A stretch of 64,000 nt of DNA from positions 5,303 to 69,302 of the forward strand of contig NIVC01003929.1 in the NCBI GenBank assembly GCA_002269645.1, in the 5' to 3' direction. The stretch comes from Macrostomum lignano. Taxonomy: Eukaryota. Of the stretch, positions 1 to 15,484 are shown one piece after another. The position numbers and the translations under genes were made by a program. The notes beneath the pieces are model-generated. The model was not told where the DNA came from, made no database searches, and saw only the letters and a list, made by a program, of their open reading frames with translations. Position 1 is the stretch's first letter. The number at the start of each line of letters is the position of its first letter.

Positions 1-394
1 TCGCAGTCTGTATCGTTACATTCTGCTCCCATTTCTCTCCCCCTATCCACCGCGATGCTCAGCCAATTAGGCCATGTTTGGGCCATGCATGGCAGCTGCG
101 GATAAGTCAATAACTGGGCACCGACTAATTGGATTCTGGGGTTATTGGCTGTCAAACAGTCGACCAGTTGGGCTGTGCAGGCCTCACAGTGTACGTAGTA
201 CAACAGAGGCAGTCATGAGCCCTATTGTTATGCCTTGTAACCTAGCAACCATCTAGAGGCAATTTGTGACAGAAACTCTGTGCAAATACATCTAATTGAG
301 TTATGCGCAATCAAGTCAATAGACAGATCGAGTAATTTTCCTTTGTGTTCTGGTCTACAATACGCTACGCCTTTTACCCGCCTACCTTCAGGCG

Positions 395-708
395 GGGCGC
401 CAGCTACAGAAAGGTCGCCAGGTAAAGAGGGACGCCAGCTACAGAGGGGGCGCCAGCTACAGAAGGGGCGCCAGCTACAGAAGGGGCGCCAGCTACAGAG
501 GGACGCCAGCTACAGAGGTGGCGCCAGCTACAGAAGGGGCGCCAGCTACAGAGGGGCGCCAGCTACAGAAAGGTCGCGAGGTAAATAGGGACGCCAGCTA
601 CAGAGGTGGCGCCAGCTACAGAAGGGGCGCCAGCTACAGAAGGGGCGCCAGCTACAGAGGGACGCCAGCTACAGAGGTGGCGCCAGTTACAGAAGGGGCG
701 CCAGCTAC
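395..708. repeat. ~19-20-bp minisatellite (GGCGCCAGCTACAGARG core)
   Basis: Directly visible tandem copies of GGCGCCAGCTACAGA; the local ORFs are repeat translations. Confidence 0.9.
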
Positions 709-1287
709 ACCCCATGACACCCACCACCACCGTTGTCGCCACTCGGAATAACATGGAGAAAGTTAGAAAGGAAAGTAAGAAATAAAGAAAGCAGAAAGAA
801 TTTAGTTGGGCTAAAGTCCCGACTGTCGGCAGCCCTCGCCTTCCATCTGATTTCCAACCTTTTCTACGGAGCAAATCTGCAGACTGTAATTATGGCAATG
901 GTACGCTGTTTTCCTGTGTAATATTAATCAAAATTAAAGCTAGCTAGAAGCTTTTGGAGACAGGAAAATTCTGCATAACAAAGTGTTCTAACTAGCTAAT
1001 TAGCTAATTATCTTGTTGACAACTGAAACAGTTGTGCAATAATTGCTCCTATTTAAGGCAGCATTGACAGAGCAAATCAATGGTTTATGAGGACTGGCAA
1101 GCCCGTTGTCAAGGCCTGTTTGTTTTTTGTAGGCGTAATGCTCTGAAGTTAATGTGTATATTCATATTTGTGGTCAATAAGAGGACAGCAGTAACTTTAA
1201 AACTGGAATATATACCTAATATTTTTATTTTGCACCAAGCTTCGCACGTTTAACGATTAAATTGCGAAAAAAATTAGCTTTCTACAT

Positions 1288-1592
1288 TTGATAATAATTG
1301 ATTACACCTGCCCTATTTGGGCCAGATGTGCAACCGACAGCTCAGCCGCAGCTATTGCGTGGCGCATCTGAAGGCTGCGTACGGCTGTTCAGTCCAAGGA
1401 CTGGAGGGTCGCCACACACACCCTCAATTACCCCAGCTAATGCTGGCACCCATTTTACAGCTGGGTGAACTGAAGCAATACAGAGTTAAGTGTCTTGCTC
1501 AAGGACACTATTTTTTCCAGTGGGATCGGGAATCGAACCCCCGACCTTCAAATCGCTAGTCCGACGCTCTAACCACTAGGCTACAACCCCTG
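1288..1592 (-). mobile_element. tRNA-derived SINE, family 1, copy 1
   Basis: Minus strand starts CAGGGGTTGTAGCCTAGTGGTTAGAGC (A box) ... GGTTCGATTCC (B box). Central GTGTCCTTGAGCAAGACACT...CTGTAAAATGGG, short (TTA)n-like tail. Flanked by 8-bp direct repeat TTCTACAT (1280-1287, 1593-1600). A second copy lies at 28081. Confidence 0.88.
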
Positions 1593-2451
1593 TTCTACAT
1601 GCATTCCTTCAAAATTGAGGTCAGGCTCCTTCCTTTAAAGTATAGTCCTTGCTTCCTACTGGAAGTAGGCTGAAAGATGTTTAATAATAAAATAATAATT
1701 GCAAGACGGCTGTGGGGGCACCCCGGCGCAACGACTTCGATGACATCGTCCCACAGCCCTTTACGCTGACTTCTGATCACATAAAAGCGTACAAGCGCCA
1801 ATACTGTAGGCAGGCACGCAGACGCTCACACAGGGTGTACAGTGGCGAACCATTTAAATTTAGCAAATCAGTTTCAAAGAGTTCCAATTTGTGAGGAAGA
1901 ATTTAAGCAGTCTTTTCGCAAAGAATTCTTGGCTAATCGGCTTAGGATCGGGTGCCGCTCCCCGCCAGGCCCTCCACCTTGGAGGAGCCTTCAGCGCTTG
2001 CTTCCGCAACTTTATTTTTTTCTAACTCGGGAAAAAATCTGCTTTGCTTCATCTGCCTTAGCAACAGAGGGGCCACGCGGGGAGCGGCCTATAGTATAAT
2101 TAGAGAAATAATGGGCACTGAAGGGATGCTGAGAACAGGGGAGACGGGGGGGGGGGCAAAGTAGATGATGAAGGCGAGGGCGCTCGCAGCTTCTTATTTA
2201 GGCCGAGCCTCCGGAGCTAGAAGGCGTTGCGCTTTGCATTGCTAACTCGATTTTTGTGCCCGGGCCTCAGCCTCGCTGCGACCCCTTAGTGCTCCGCCGC
2301 TCTGGTTTTGATGGGGCCGGAGACTTGAGAGGCATTGCGGATGATTTATAGCTGGCATCTTTTTTGACAGATTGCAGAGCATAGCCTTTTCTGATATTTC
2401 TGAAATTTCTGATAAATGATAGATCACAGTAAAATGCGGATAAAGCGATAT

Positions 2452-3321
<870 letters not shown>

Positions 3322-4010
3322 TCAGGGCTGCTGCGGAACTTTTGTCTTTGTGCCCGCGGCAACCTCAAGCACACAGGAAAAGCGAAACCACTAATCCCAC
3401 CCAGTTTGTATCCCGTCCGTATGCTGGGCTTTCGCTTCGCTCCCATCGTGTGCCCTCGGGACAAATGAGGCGTGGGCGCTGAGGGAGGATGCTGGAAATT
3501 CGAGGGCTGAAGTCCCGCGACTCTCGGCCCCCCTCTGCCGTGGAACAGGCCGGGCGCCTCTCCCTCTCCGTCCCATTCCATCAATTTCTCAAGGGAACCT
3601 GAGACGGGTTTGGCAGGACTAAAGGAAACGCGTAAAGAGAGAAGACTGCTTCGCATTCTGGCGGAGCCCTCATGCCGGCCGAGTGGCCGGCGCCTCACCG
3701 AGGCGTTCTGGGAATGAAAGGGAGATCTCAAAGCGATTTTTGTTCACAAGAAACTCCCCTCACTAGATCTCTTGAATGCTTGGCAAAAAAAGACTCGCGC
3801 AGAAATTTCTCGGAAACAAACACATTTCTGCTTTCTAAATTTCTTCATGAACGTGTCGTATTCAGGATTATACAATGAATTATGCTATAAATAATTAATT
3901 AGACGCAAGCATTGAAGCGCGATGCCAAATATGCTACACAACTGTATTTGTGCATTCTCGTGCCTCATCGTAAAAAAGCAGTGTCTAATTTTTTTGAGAA
4001 ACTCATTAAC

Positions 4011-4046
<36 letters not shown>

Positions 4047-4176
4047 CCTCAGCAATTTACAAGCGTTGAAGTCACAAATTTGTTTATCAGAATATGAAAT
4101 ACTCAATAGACAATTCGCGAAATTTACTAGCAGGACGAAATCGGATAAATTGTATAGGGGATTTTTACTAATGCTG

Positions 4177-4334
4177 CGTGTCACACCGACTGAGCACTCA
4201 GGCTGCTGTGTGTCACACCGACTGAGCACTCAGGCTGCTGTGTGTCACACCGACTGAGCACTCAGGCTGCTGTGTGTCACACCGACTGAGCACTCAGGCT
4301 GCTGTGTGTCACACTGAGCACTCAGGCTGCTGTG
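4177..4334. repeat. 32-bp minisatellite, ~5 units
   Basis: GTGTGTCACACCGACTGAGCACTCAGGCTGCT; TCACAC recurs at 4181, 4213, 4245, 4277, 4309. Confidence 0.95.
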
Positions 4335-4362
4335 AAACAGTTTTGCGGATCTCAAAGTGAGG

Positions 4363-5694
4363 TCACACCGAAGACAGCATGCTGGCCGTGTACAGAACTT
4401 CGTCTGGCCCGCCTCCGCCTCTGGACGGTTTCGCACCGCCTCTCTGGTGCAGATCCCGCTCGGTGAGCTGGTAGGCCTTGTCCAGCTGGACCACCAGGGC
4501 CGCCAGGAACACGCTGGCCACGGGGAAGAAGGCCATGTGCAGCCAGAATGCAATGTCAACTGTGTCATCCGGTATGAGATGCCTGGCCTGCCGGTTTCGC
4601 AGCACAGTCTGCAGCAGACTGATGATGGAAAAAGGCAGCTGGGTGGCCGCCTCAAGACAGTTGAGCACAATCAGCAGCAGGCGGGCGATGCGCATCGGGC
4701 GGCCGCGGAGCAGAGTGCGCGACTGCGTCTGCCCCTGGTTCAGGTGGTTGGCAGCCGGCAGGTAGCCCGGCGGCCGTAGCTCGCCCTCGCCGTTGTTGGC
4801 CGCATCCTCCAGCGAGTCGTCGGCATCTTCGTCTTCATCGCCGGTGGCGTAGGGCCGGAAAGCGCAGAGAAGACAGGTGAGCAGCAGCAGCGCCACCTGC
4901 GGTAGGCCGAACAGCACCAGCAGTGGCGCCAGCCAAGGCCAGAGCTCCGGGACGGTGCAGCGACCCGCTCGAATCGCGGCCTCGGTGATGTCTTTGTGCA
5001 GCACTAAAGCCGGAAGCAGGGCGCCGCTGCACATCGCCCAAGGCAGGCAGTGCACGGCCAGGCCGCCCGCCCTGCCGCAGAGGCTGCTGGAGCAGCGCCT
5101 GGCGGGGTACCGGATGGTCTTGAAGGCCACGCCGACGCTGGCGAGCAGGTGCAGGAACAGCCCTGGGAGCAGGGAGCGGCAGAACAGGTAGGCCTTGCAG
5201 TTGACGCGCCACAGCGGGTCGGCCAGGCCCTCCGGATCGCGGGCCAGCAGCAAAGTGTGCGTCACCGTCACGTAGCCGCCCTGGACAGCGCCGATGATGG
5301 CGGCGTGGGCGCACAGGCCGTAGAGGCAGTCGGCGTGCTGTCGGCGCCCGCGCCCGCAGGCCCGCGCGATGGCCAGCAGGGCGAGCGCCAGCTGAGCGAC
5401 CAGCGTCAGGCCGGCCAGGCCGAACCCGAGCGAATAGAGCAGCACCGGGGTTGGCGGCCGGCTACTAGGCGAAGTTGGCGGAGCCGGGATCAGCGAGTTG
5501 ATTGTTGTCGCCATGGCAACTGCCGGGGGCGGCACCGAGAATGCTGCGTGCGTTCGATTGGGGACACCACCGACGCCGCCGCCGCCGACGCCGACGCCGA
5601 AGTTTCTGCCGGTTGTGTAATTCCGCGCCGATGTGTCCAGCGCCCTGAGAAACTCCGCCTTCGCCAGACGAACTACCGGCTCGTCAGAATTCAT
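4363..5694 (-). CDS. Intronless orphan 7TM receptor, rhodopsin/class A-like (443 aa from first ATG)
   Basis: The track start at 5997 is a TTG; first ATG is 5694 (MNSDEPVV). About seven hydrophobic segments, N-terminal sequon NYT, Cys at the top of TM3 (VNCKAY), ECL2 Cys (GRCTV), TM6 QLPF, acidic ICL3. GC-rich coding-like composition. Confidence 0.72.
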   Translation of the reverse strand: MNSDEPVVRLAKAEFLRALDTSARNYTTGRNFGVGVGGGGVGGVPNRTHAAFSVPPPAVAMATTINSLIPAPPTSPSSRPPTPVLLYSLGFGLAGLTLVAQLALALLAIARACGRGRRQHADCLYGLCAHAAIIGAVQGGYVTVTHTLLLARDPEGLADPLWRVNCKAYLFCRSLLPGLFLHLLASVGVAFKTIRYPARRCSSSLCGRAGGLAVHCLPWAMCSGALLPALVLHKDITEAAIRAGRCTVPELWPWLAPLLVLFGLPQVALLLLTCLLCAFRPYATGDEDEDADDSLEDAANNGEGELRPPGYLPAANHLNQGQTQSRTLLRGRPMRIARLLLIVLNCLEAATQLPFSIISLLQTVLRNRQARHLIPDDTVDIAFWLHMAFFPVASVFLAALVVQLDKAYQLTERDLHQRGGAKPSRGGGGPDEVLYTASMLSSV

Positions 5695-6303
5695 GACGGG
5701 TCGCGCTTTGCCGCCTCCTCCTCTTCCTGGCGGTGAGGGGGTGGCGACAGGGCCAGCGGAGAGAGCGCGTTGGCGGAGAGAAGAGGAGGGGCAGCTTTGA
5801 CCGAGCCAATTCGCTGCAGGGCAAAGAAAGAGGGCGGATCTGAGGCCAGGAGAGTTTTTGGCGCTGAACCGAAAGGACGCACGGTGGTTTCCGCGGGTCA
5901 GGGCGAGAGAGAGAGAGGGGGGACTGGGGGAGGAATAGGGGGCAATCGGGGAAGTGGGGACACAATCTTTCCTGGCTGCCGGCAGCGGTCCGGGCAATCA
6001 GTGGCCCAACGTCCCTCTTCTACAACAACAGCAGCGGCAGCAGCAGCGGTGGCGGCTATGTGGCGGCAGGCTGCGCAGGCAGACCTGGAGGGTGGGGAAA
6101 AGAAGCAGAAAAAAATCACGGACCAGAGGGAGACTGCATGGCGGGCTGAAATTAGGTAATAGGACACGGACTTTTTGATCTTGAAACGCTGCAAAAAGGG
6201 GGATGAACCAGCTGGTCGACTCTGCGCTTCCCGTTTGCTATTCCAGCTCGCTTTTGTGCAGGTCAAGCAGGTCTGCTAATGCAGAAATAGGAGAAATAGG
6301 ACA

Positions 6304-7683
<1,380 letters not shown>

Positions 7684-9364
7684 CGTAGCCCAGTGCACAG
7701 AGCTGCAAAGAACAAACGCTTCTTGTCCGTCTGTTTCTTTCGCAACGAGTCTTCCCGGCCGTTCCATTCCCCTCTCTTCTTTGCCCTCCCGTGTCTCTGC
7801 CTGCTCTCTACCCAGTGGGCGTGGCAGCCTTGTGACACAAAGAAGAAACATGATGATGATAGTATTTGAAGCGGGCTGATCGAGGTTGAGCTGAGCACAG
7901 CTGAGCAGAGGGGCAGAGTATACAGCTTTCCACTTTTGAGTCTTACCGCACTCTGGAAGCGCCTCTCGCGTTGGACTGTCGCCGACTGCCAGAGAGGATG
8001 CAAACTTCTGATGCTGGTGCCGAGACGAGGCCTGCTCTGATTTGCTTTTGCTGGCCGGTCCCGCTTCTTTGTCCCGCAACACAGCCGGGGATTGGGAAAC
8101 CGGATGCCCGACTGTTCCCTTGCCGCCGCCTCACCCTCAGTCCTGGGATTACGGAGAGAGAAGGGAAAAGAGGTAAGGCTTGAAAGGGTAAAAGAGCTGA
8201 GAAGTAAAGTGAAGCCCTGTCTGGACTGATGGGGAGGCAAACGGAGCCTGGGCACGGGCTGGAAGGAAGTCCGATCCGTAGACTTTCTGAATACTGATCC
8301 CTTCTCCAGGTCTCTTCGCCCGCTGCGAGCCTCGAGGAAGCTCCTTTTTCTCCTTTTCTGCTTTTCCTTCTTGCGGACGGAGCCTTCAGTGAAGCGGTAA
8401 GGCCGGACAGGCAGACAGACACACAGAGAGAGAGAGAAGAGTGGCGATAGAAAACAGCCGGATGGCCGCTGTTGAAGAAGTTGAAGTTGCTGCGTCGTCG
8501 GGCGGCTGCCTCGTTCTATTTCAAGCTTCTCAGCGGCTCCCTGCCTCTCTTTCTCTCCCTCCTTTTCTTTTTTCTCTCTCGACCTCCGTGAGCGACTTGG
8601 CTCGCCTAATACCCCCTTGACTGGCCCGTCAGCCCGGCCGGTGGATTTGGCGGGATCTGAGGGGGGGGGTAAAGAGGGCAGAGAAATTGCTCCATCCTCC
8701 AGTCTCCTTCCCTGCGTGCGGCGCTGCCGCTTACTCGCTTGCAAGCCGGCGCATGAAAGGTGCTTTCTTGTGTGGGGGGGGGGAACCTGCTCCCATCGGG
8801 CCAACCTTCAATCCATCCTCATCGCTCCCACCCAGCAACTATAACGGCCAATAGGAGTCCATTGGCTTCATCCTGCCCGGCTGAAATAAAGAGAAAAAAT
8901 GATCTGCCAGCAGCCAATACTTGTTTCAATTTCCTTTACCAGCCTCTCGATCCGTCTCTCCAGGCTTGTTAGGGGATTTCCTACAGTCAAGTCGCACACG
9001 TATTTCCCTCGAATGGAGAAACTGACTGACAGAGGAGTGGGGGGTGGTGGGACAAAACAATAGATGCCAGTTTTCAATGGACTGGCTGCAACTGCGTCGG
9101 GAGCCAACGTACTTACTGCTGAAGGGGCCGTGATTAGGCCGCAAGGTTCCTATCGCAACCCCAAGGTAAAATATACCAAGGTTCAACCTAGCGGATGCGC
9201 CCAGCCGGCGCCAATAGTTTGCAGGTTCGCAGAGGAGGCATCGGCGACCCTCATCCGGCCATCCGATGCAATCTAGGACCGTAATATACTAAATTATTTT
9301 TATTTCGAAACCGGATTCTTAGAAAGACAACTTTTTCTATTCTCAGACGGAGACTTTCTCGATA

Positions 9365-10640
9365 CCTAGAAAGACACATGATCGATTCCTAGAAAGACAT
9401 TCTCGCTGAACAGAAAGACACATTCCTGATTCCTAGAAAGACATGACCGATTCCAAGAAAGACACATGATCGATTTCGAGAAAGACACATGATCGATTCC
9501 TAGAAAGACACACGATCGATTCCCAGAGACACATGATCGATTCCTAGAAAGACACATAATCGATTCCTAGAAAGACACATGGTCGATTCCTAGAAAGACA
9601 CATGATCGATTCCTAGAAAGACACATGATCGATTCCTAGAAAGACACATGATCGATTCCGAGAAAGACACATGATCGATTCCTAGAAAGACACACGATCG
9701 ATTCCCAGAGACACATGATCGATTCCCAGAGACACATGATCGATTCCTAGAAAGACACATGCTCGACTCCTAGAAAGACACATGATCGATTCCTAGAAAG
9801 ACACATGATCGATTCCCAGAAAGACACATGATCGATTCCTAGAAAGACACACGATCGATTCCTAGAAAGACACACGATCGATTCCTAGAAAGACACATGA
9901 TCGATTCCTAGAAAGACACATGATCGATTCCTAGAAAGACACATGATCGATTCCGAGAAAGACACATGATCGATTCCTAGAAAGACACATGATCGATTCC
10001 GAGAAAGACACATGATCGACTCCTAGAAAGACACAAGATCGATTCCCAGAGACACATGATCGATTCCTAGAAAGACACACGATCGATTCCCAGAGACACA
10101 TGATCGATTCCTAGAAAGACACACGATCGATTCCCAGAGACACATGATCGATTCCTAGAAAGACACATGATCGATTCCTAGAAAGACACATGATCGATTC
10201 CTAGAAAGACACATGATCGATTCCTAGAAAGACACATGATCGATTCCCAGAGACACATGATCGATTCCTAGAATGACACATGATCGATTCCGAGAAAGAC
10301 ACATGATCGATTCCTAGAAAGACACACGATCGATTCCCAGAGACACATGATCGATTCCTAGAAAGACACATGATCGATTCCGAGAAAGACACATGATCGA
10401 TTCCTAGAAAGACACATGATCGATTCCTAGAAAGACACATGATCGATTCCTAGAAAGACACATGATCGATTCCCAGAGACACATGATCGATTCCTAGAAA
10501 GACACATGATCGATTCCGAGAAAGACTCATGATTGACTCCTAGAAAGACACATGATCGATTCCCAGAGACACATGATCGACTCCTAGAAAGACACATGAT
10601 CGATTCCTAGAAAGACACATGATCGATTCCCAGAGACACA
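9365..10640. repeat. 21/23-bp minisatellite TCGATTCCTAGAAAGACACATGA
   Basis: More than 50 tandem units, no unique spacers. Confidence 0.97.
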
Positions 10641-11367
10641 GGGATGTTGCGGAATTCTCGAGAGTACCCAGCAAGCGCTGAGCTCTTCGCGCTTACATCT
10701 GCACTGCACAGATGTTCAAGTAGCAGCCGCGTGCCTGATTAGCCTTCTCAAGCTGTGGCCGAGGCTCGCGGCGAGTTACCATTGGACCCCCCCCCCTTGT
10801 GCGTGCGGTCTGCCGCTCCTTGTCTCCAGTTTCCTATCGGGCGCCTGCCCCCCTCTCTCTCTCATCCATCCTGCCTCCTCTTCTATTTCTCTTTCCCACA
10901 TTTCCTTTTATTTCTTTCGGCCAGTCCGGCCGCTGAAAATTAACTCGGGGCCGGACTCAAAATAAAACAGGGCAGCTCCGGCTCGCCTCAGTTTTGGCTC
11001 GCACTCTCCCGAAATCCCAGTGCAGCCGGCCCGGGGCATTGCTCAGCTATCAAATCCGGCAGTTACTGGGGCCGGCGAGGTGGGTCGGCGAGAAAAATTG
11101 CTTTCTTTCAGCTCTCGCTAGAGTTTGAGTTCAAATCCGCTCCAGCTGGTATTGGGGGGGTTGGCGGCAAATAAAATACGAAAATATGAGATTTTGAGAG
11201 TGAGAGAAAGAGAAATAAGATTAGTGAGAGAATACTTGCTCAGCCATGCTCTGGGAGAAACGTTTTTACCAGAGGATTTTTTGCGAGTCACTGAGCTCAT
11301 GTCCGAAGCTACGGCTTGTAAATGTACTATAGATATTATTGTATAGTAGTTAGAGTGAATCTCACAG

Positions 11368-11652
11368 TCTCATCTCCGATCTCATCTCCGATCTCATCTC
11401 CGATCTCATTTCCGATCTCATCTCCGATCTCATCTCCGATCTCATCTCCGATCTCATCTCCGATCTCATCTCCGATCTCATTTCCGATCTCATTTCCGAT
11501 CTCATCTCCGATCTCATCTCCGATCTCATCTCCGATCTCATCTCCGATCTCATCTACGATCTCATCTCCGATCTCATCTCCGATCTCATCTCCGATCTCA
11601 TCTCCGATCTCATCTCCGATCTCATCTCCGATCTCATCTCCGATCTCATCTC
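11368..11652. repeat. 12-bp minisatellite CTCATCTCCGAT
   Basis: ~24 units; bracketed by 19-bp direct repeats GAGTGAATCTCACAGTCTC (11353-11371, 11673-11691). Confidence 0.97.
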
Positions 11653-12264
11653 TGTAAGTCTGAGCAGTATAGGAGTGAATCTCACAGTCTCTCTCGATCT
11701 CTCTATGTAAAAACAATATAGTCTCCATCCTCAATGTCTCGCTGAGTGAATCTCAGTCTCGCGCTCAATCTCAATCAGCAGCAAGCACTTTGCAGGCTGT
11801 GAGTAAAGTCAACTACAATCTGGGGTGACTCGCTGATTTCACACTTCGCTGACTTTGCCGAAACCCGGAGAGCTGGCAGGCAGGTGAGGCCTTGGAGAGA
11901 AAATGAAGTACGCTCTGATAAGGGGTAATGGGGGCGGGTAGAACTGCATAAGTGAGTGAGTGAGTGACGGCGGGACTCTTGAGCAAGCGAGATGGAGATG
12001 AGAGAGGCGGATGCAAGTCTGGTCTGCATGCAAGTTTGATAAGGCTCAGAGGCTGAGAAACGACATCAAGAGGTAGGCGAGCCTTGGATGCGGCTGACGG
12101 AGACTGCGTAGGTGGGCGTGGGAACTCAGCTAAGCTTGCAGATACGGGGAGTTGGATGGAGAGGGATGCCGCCTGTAATCTGCATTATTTCTAGTTTCTG
12201 TTCACCTGATCAGCCCACTGCGATTTTAAGTCAGGTTGGTCTCATGTTGGTTTTGGGTGAGGTT

Positions 12265-13110
12265 GGTTAGATTAGTGTTAGATTGGTGTTCGATTGGTGT
12301 TAGCTTGGTGTTAGATTGGTGTTAGATTGGTATTAGATTGGTGTTAGATCAATGTTAGATTGGTGTTAGATTGGTGTTAGATTGGTGTTAGATTAGTGTT
12401 AGATTGGTGTTAGATTTGTGTTAGATTGGTGTTAGATTGGTGTTAGATTGGTGTTAGATTTGTGTTAGATTAGTGTTAGATTGTTGTTAGATTGGTGTTA
12501 GATTGGTGTTAGATTGGTGTTAGATTGGTGTTAGATTGGTGTTAGATTGGTATTAGATTGGTGTTAGATTGGTGTTAGATTGGTGTTAGATTGGTGTTAG
12601 ATTGGTGTTAGATTTGTGTTAGATTTGTGTTAGATTGGTGTTAGATTTGTGTTAGATTTGTGTTAGATTGGTGTTAGATTAGTGTTAGATTAGTGTTAGA
12701 TTGGTGTTAGATAAATGTTAGATTGCTGTTAGATTGGTGTTAGATTGGTATTAGATTGGTGTTAGATAAATGTTAGATTGGTGTTAGATTGGTGTTAGAT
12801 TGGTGTTAGATTGGTGTTAGATTGGTGTTAGATTGGTGTTAGATTGGTGTTAGATTGGTATTAGATTGGTGTTAGATTGGTGTTAGATTGGTGTTAGATT
12901 GGTGTTAGATTGGTGTTAGATTTGTGTTAGATTTGTGTTAGATTGGTGTTAGATTTGTGTTAGATTTGTGTTAGATTGGTGTTAGATTAGTGTTAGATTA
13001 GTGTTAGATTGGTGTTAGATAAATGTTAGATTGCTGTTAGATTGGTGTTAGATTGGTGTTAGATTGGTGTTAGATGGGTGTTAGATTAATGTTAGATTAA
13101 TTTTAGATTG
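12265..13110. repeat. 11-bp minisatellite GTTAGATTGGT
   Basis: ~75 tandem units with point variants. Confidence 0.97.
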
Positions 13111-13581
13111 GTGAAATTTGATAAGAAAAGCACAAAAATTCAATTGAAAAATTGAATTGGCTGGGATAAGCTACGGGTTGGGATTCTATAAATCACTATT
13201 GGGATAAATTTCCCACAGACAGCCATTGGCACAAGGATTGGGGAACCTTGGGAACTTTAGGAAGACTGGCAGAAGCCGAGTTGTTCCCAATGCCCCTTAC
13301 ACGTATACGCGAACGGGGAGGTTCAGGCCTTGGGGGTGGAGATCCGCCCACACGCGGCTCGAAGATGGAAGGGGGGAGGCGGTGGCCGACCCGATCCAGT
13401 GCGAGTGCATGCCAAGCAAATCGGTATCGGAATAAACAGCCCCACAGCTAATCCTCATTCCTAAGCCCGACTGACCAACTGACTGACAGGCGAACCGGTC
13501 TGGCAATCATTCCATGGACCCCTCTGCTGCCATCTGGACTGGAACCATGGCTGCGGCAGGATCAGTTTATGGACCCTTGTC

Positions 13582-13826
13582 GAACAAACTGAACTGGAAC
13601 CATCTGGACTGGAACCATCTGGACTGGAACCATCTGGACTGGAACCATCTGGACTGGAACCATCTGGACTGGAACCATCTGGACTGGAACCATCTGGACT
13701 GGAACCATCTGGACTGGAACCATCTGGACTGGAACCATCTGGACTGGAACCATCTGGACTGGAACCATCTGGACTGGAACCATCTGGACTGGAACCATCT
13801 GGACTGGAACCATCTGGACTGGAACC
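13582..13826. repeat. 15-bp minisatellite CTGGACTGGAACCAT
   Basis: ~16 perfect units. Confidence 0.97.
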
Positions 13827-14454
13827 AAATTCACTAGCAAAATGTCACAGCAAAGTGTTTCTGCTTTCACACCAAAGAGACGGGGCAGAAACAAACACAG
13901 CAAGGGTTTAATCTGGTTAAAACTGCAACCTGTGAAAAGGTCACTTCAGGAAACAACAATTTTGACGGTTTGTCAGAGGCTTCAGTGTTATGGAGCAGTC
14001 ATCCAGATCTAGAATGCCCCTCGCTATAAACTTGTCTACCGATACGAGACCAGACAGGCCTTCAGGATTGGAAAAAAAGTTGCAATATTTTTTTAGATCT
14101 AGAAAAAACAAGGTCCCCAAATCAGAGCCGAGTCGTGCTCAAGCAGGGGTTTCATGGAAAAGCAGGTTGTCTATCGAGAGGCATCGTGACGAACTGGCTT
14201 ATCCTGACTACGTTTCTGTCGGGATTTTTTCACCTGCCGCGGCAGAAGTTGCTCTGCTTCCGAGCAAAAAATTTCCATGATTTTTGCTATCATTCTGGCA
14301 GGCTATTTGCCCCCCCCTCTTAGTTTTTGTGGCAGCCGGATTCTGCTCAGACTGAAACTCGAGAACTTCGACTCGAACGTAAAGTTTTGCAAATATTCAT
14401 TTTTTAAAACAGCTGTGGGATGAGTCCGGTAAGGATCATCCTTACTCATAGCTG

Positions 14455-15230
14455 ACCTGGCCGAAATGCACAGCTGACCCATCAAGATGCACAGCTGACC
14501 CATCTAGATGCACAGCTGACCCATCAAGATGCACAGCTGACCCACCTAGATACAAACCTGACCCATCTAGATACAAACCTGACCCATCTAGACACAAACC
14601 TAACCCATCTAGATACAAACCTGACCCATCTAGACACAAACCTGACCCATCTAGACACAAACCTGACCTATCTAGATACAAACCTGACCTATCTAGACAC
14701 AAACCTGACCCATCTAGACACAAACCTGACCCATCTAGATACAAACCTGATCTATCTAGACACAAACCTGACCCATCTAGACACAAACCTAACCCATCTA
14801 GATACAAACCTGACCCATCTAGACACAAACCTAACCCATCTAGACACAAACCTGACCCATCTAGACACAAACCTGGAACCATCTGGAACCATCTGGAACC
14901 ACCTAGATACAAACCTGACCCATCTAGATGCAAACCTGACCAATCTAGATGCAAACCTGACCCATATAGACACAAACCTAACCCATATTAGATACAAACC
15001 TGACCCATCTAGACACAAACCTTACCCATCTAGACACAAACCTGACCCATCTAGACACAAACCTTACCCATCTAGACACAAACCTGACCCATCTAGACAC
15101 AAACCTGGAACCATCTGGAACCACCTAGATACAAACCTGACCCATCTAGGATACAAACCTGACCCATCTAGACACAAACCTGACCCATCTAGACACAAAC
15201 CTGACCCATCTAGATTCACAGCTGACCCAT
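14455..15230. repeat. 21-bp minisatellite CACAAACCTGACCCATCTAGA
   Basis: ~35 units with variants. Confidence 0.95.
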
Positions 15231-15484
15231 CGCTAAGTCACAGGGCACTGGAAGCTGTTGTCACAGTTCGGCTTCAGAAACAGATGCGGAGGCAACTGGC
15301 ATGCATAATTCATGGCGGCAAAGCAAGCAATTTAGGGCTTAATTTAAGACCGGTTCGCGCTCTGAAAATGGGATAAAATAGCGGGGGAAGTGGCTTCCAC
15401 ACAAATCCCAGAAGTGAGACTCTCCGGCCGTGCGGCCAGGGCACAGCCGGAGAGTCTCAGATTGGTAATGAAAACTTTACTAAA

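Noticed and set aside
1520-1592. tRNA genes at 1520-1592, 28081-28155 and 62940-63015
   Set aside because: A/B boxes are present but stems pair poorly, anticodon positions differ between copies, and SINE bodies follow.
9365-10640. CRISPR-like appearance of 20-39-bp direct-repeat arrays (also 33766, 43496, 61417)
   Set aside because: Units abut with no unique spacers, there are no cas genes, and the context is eukaryotic.
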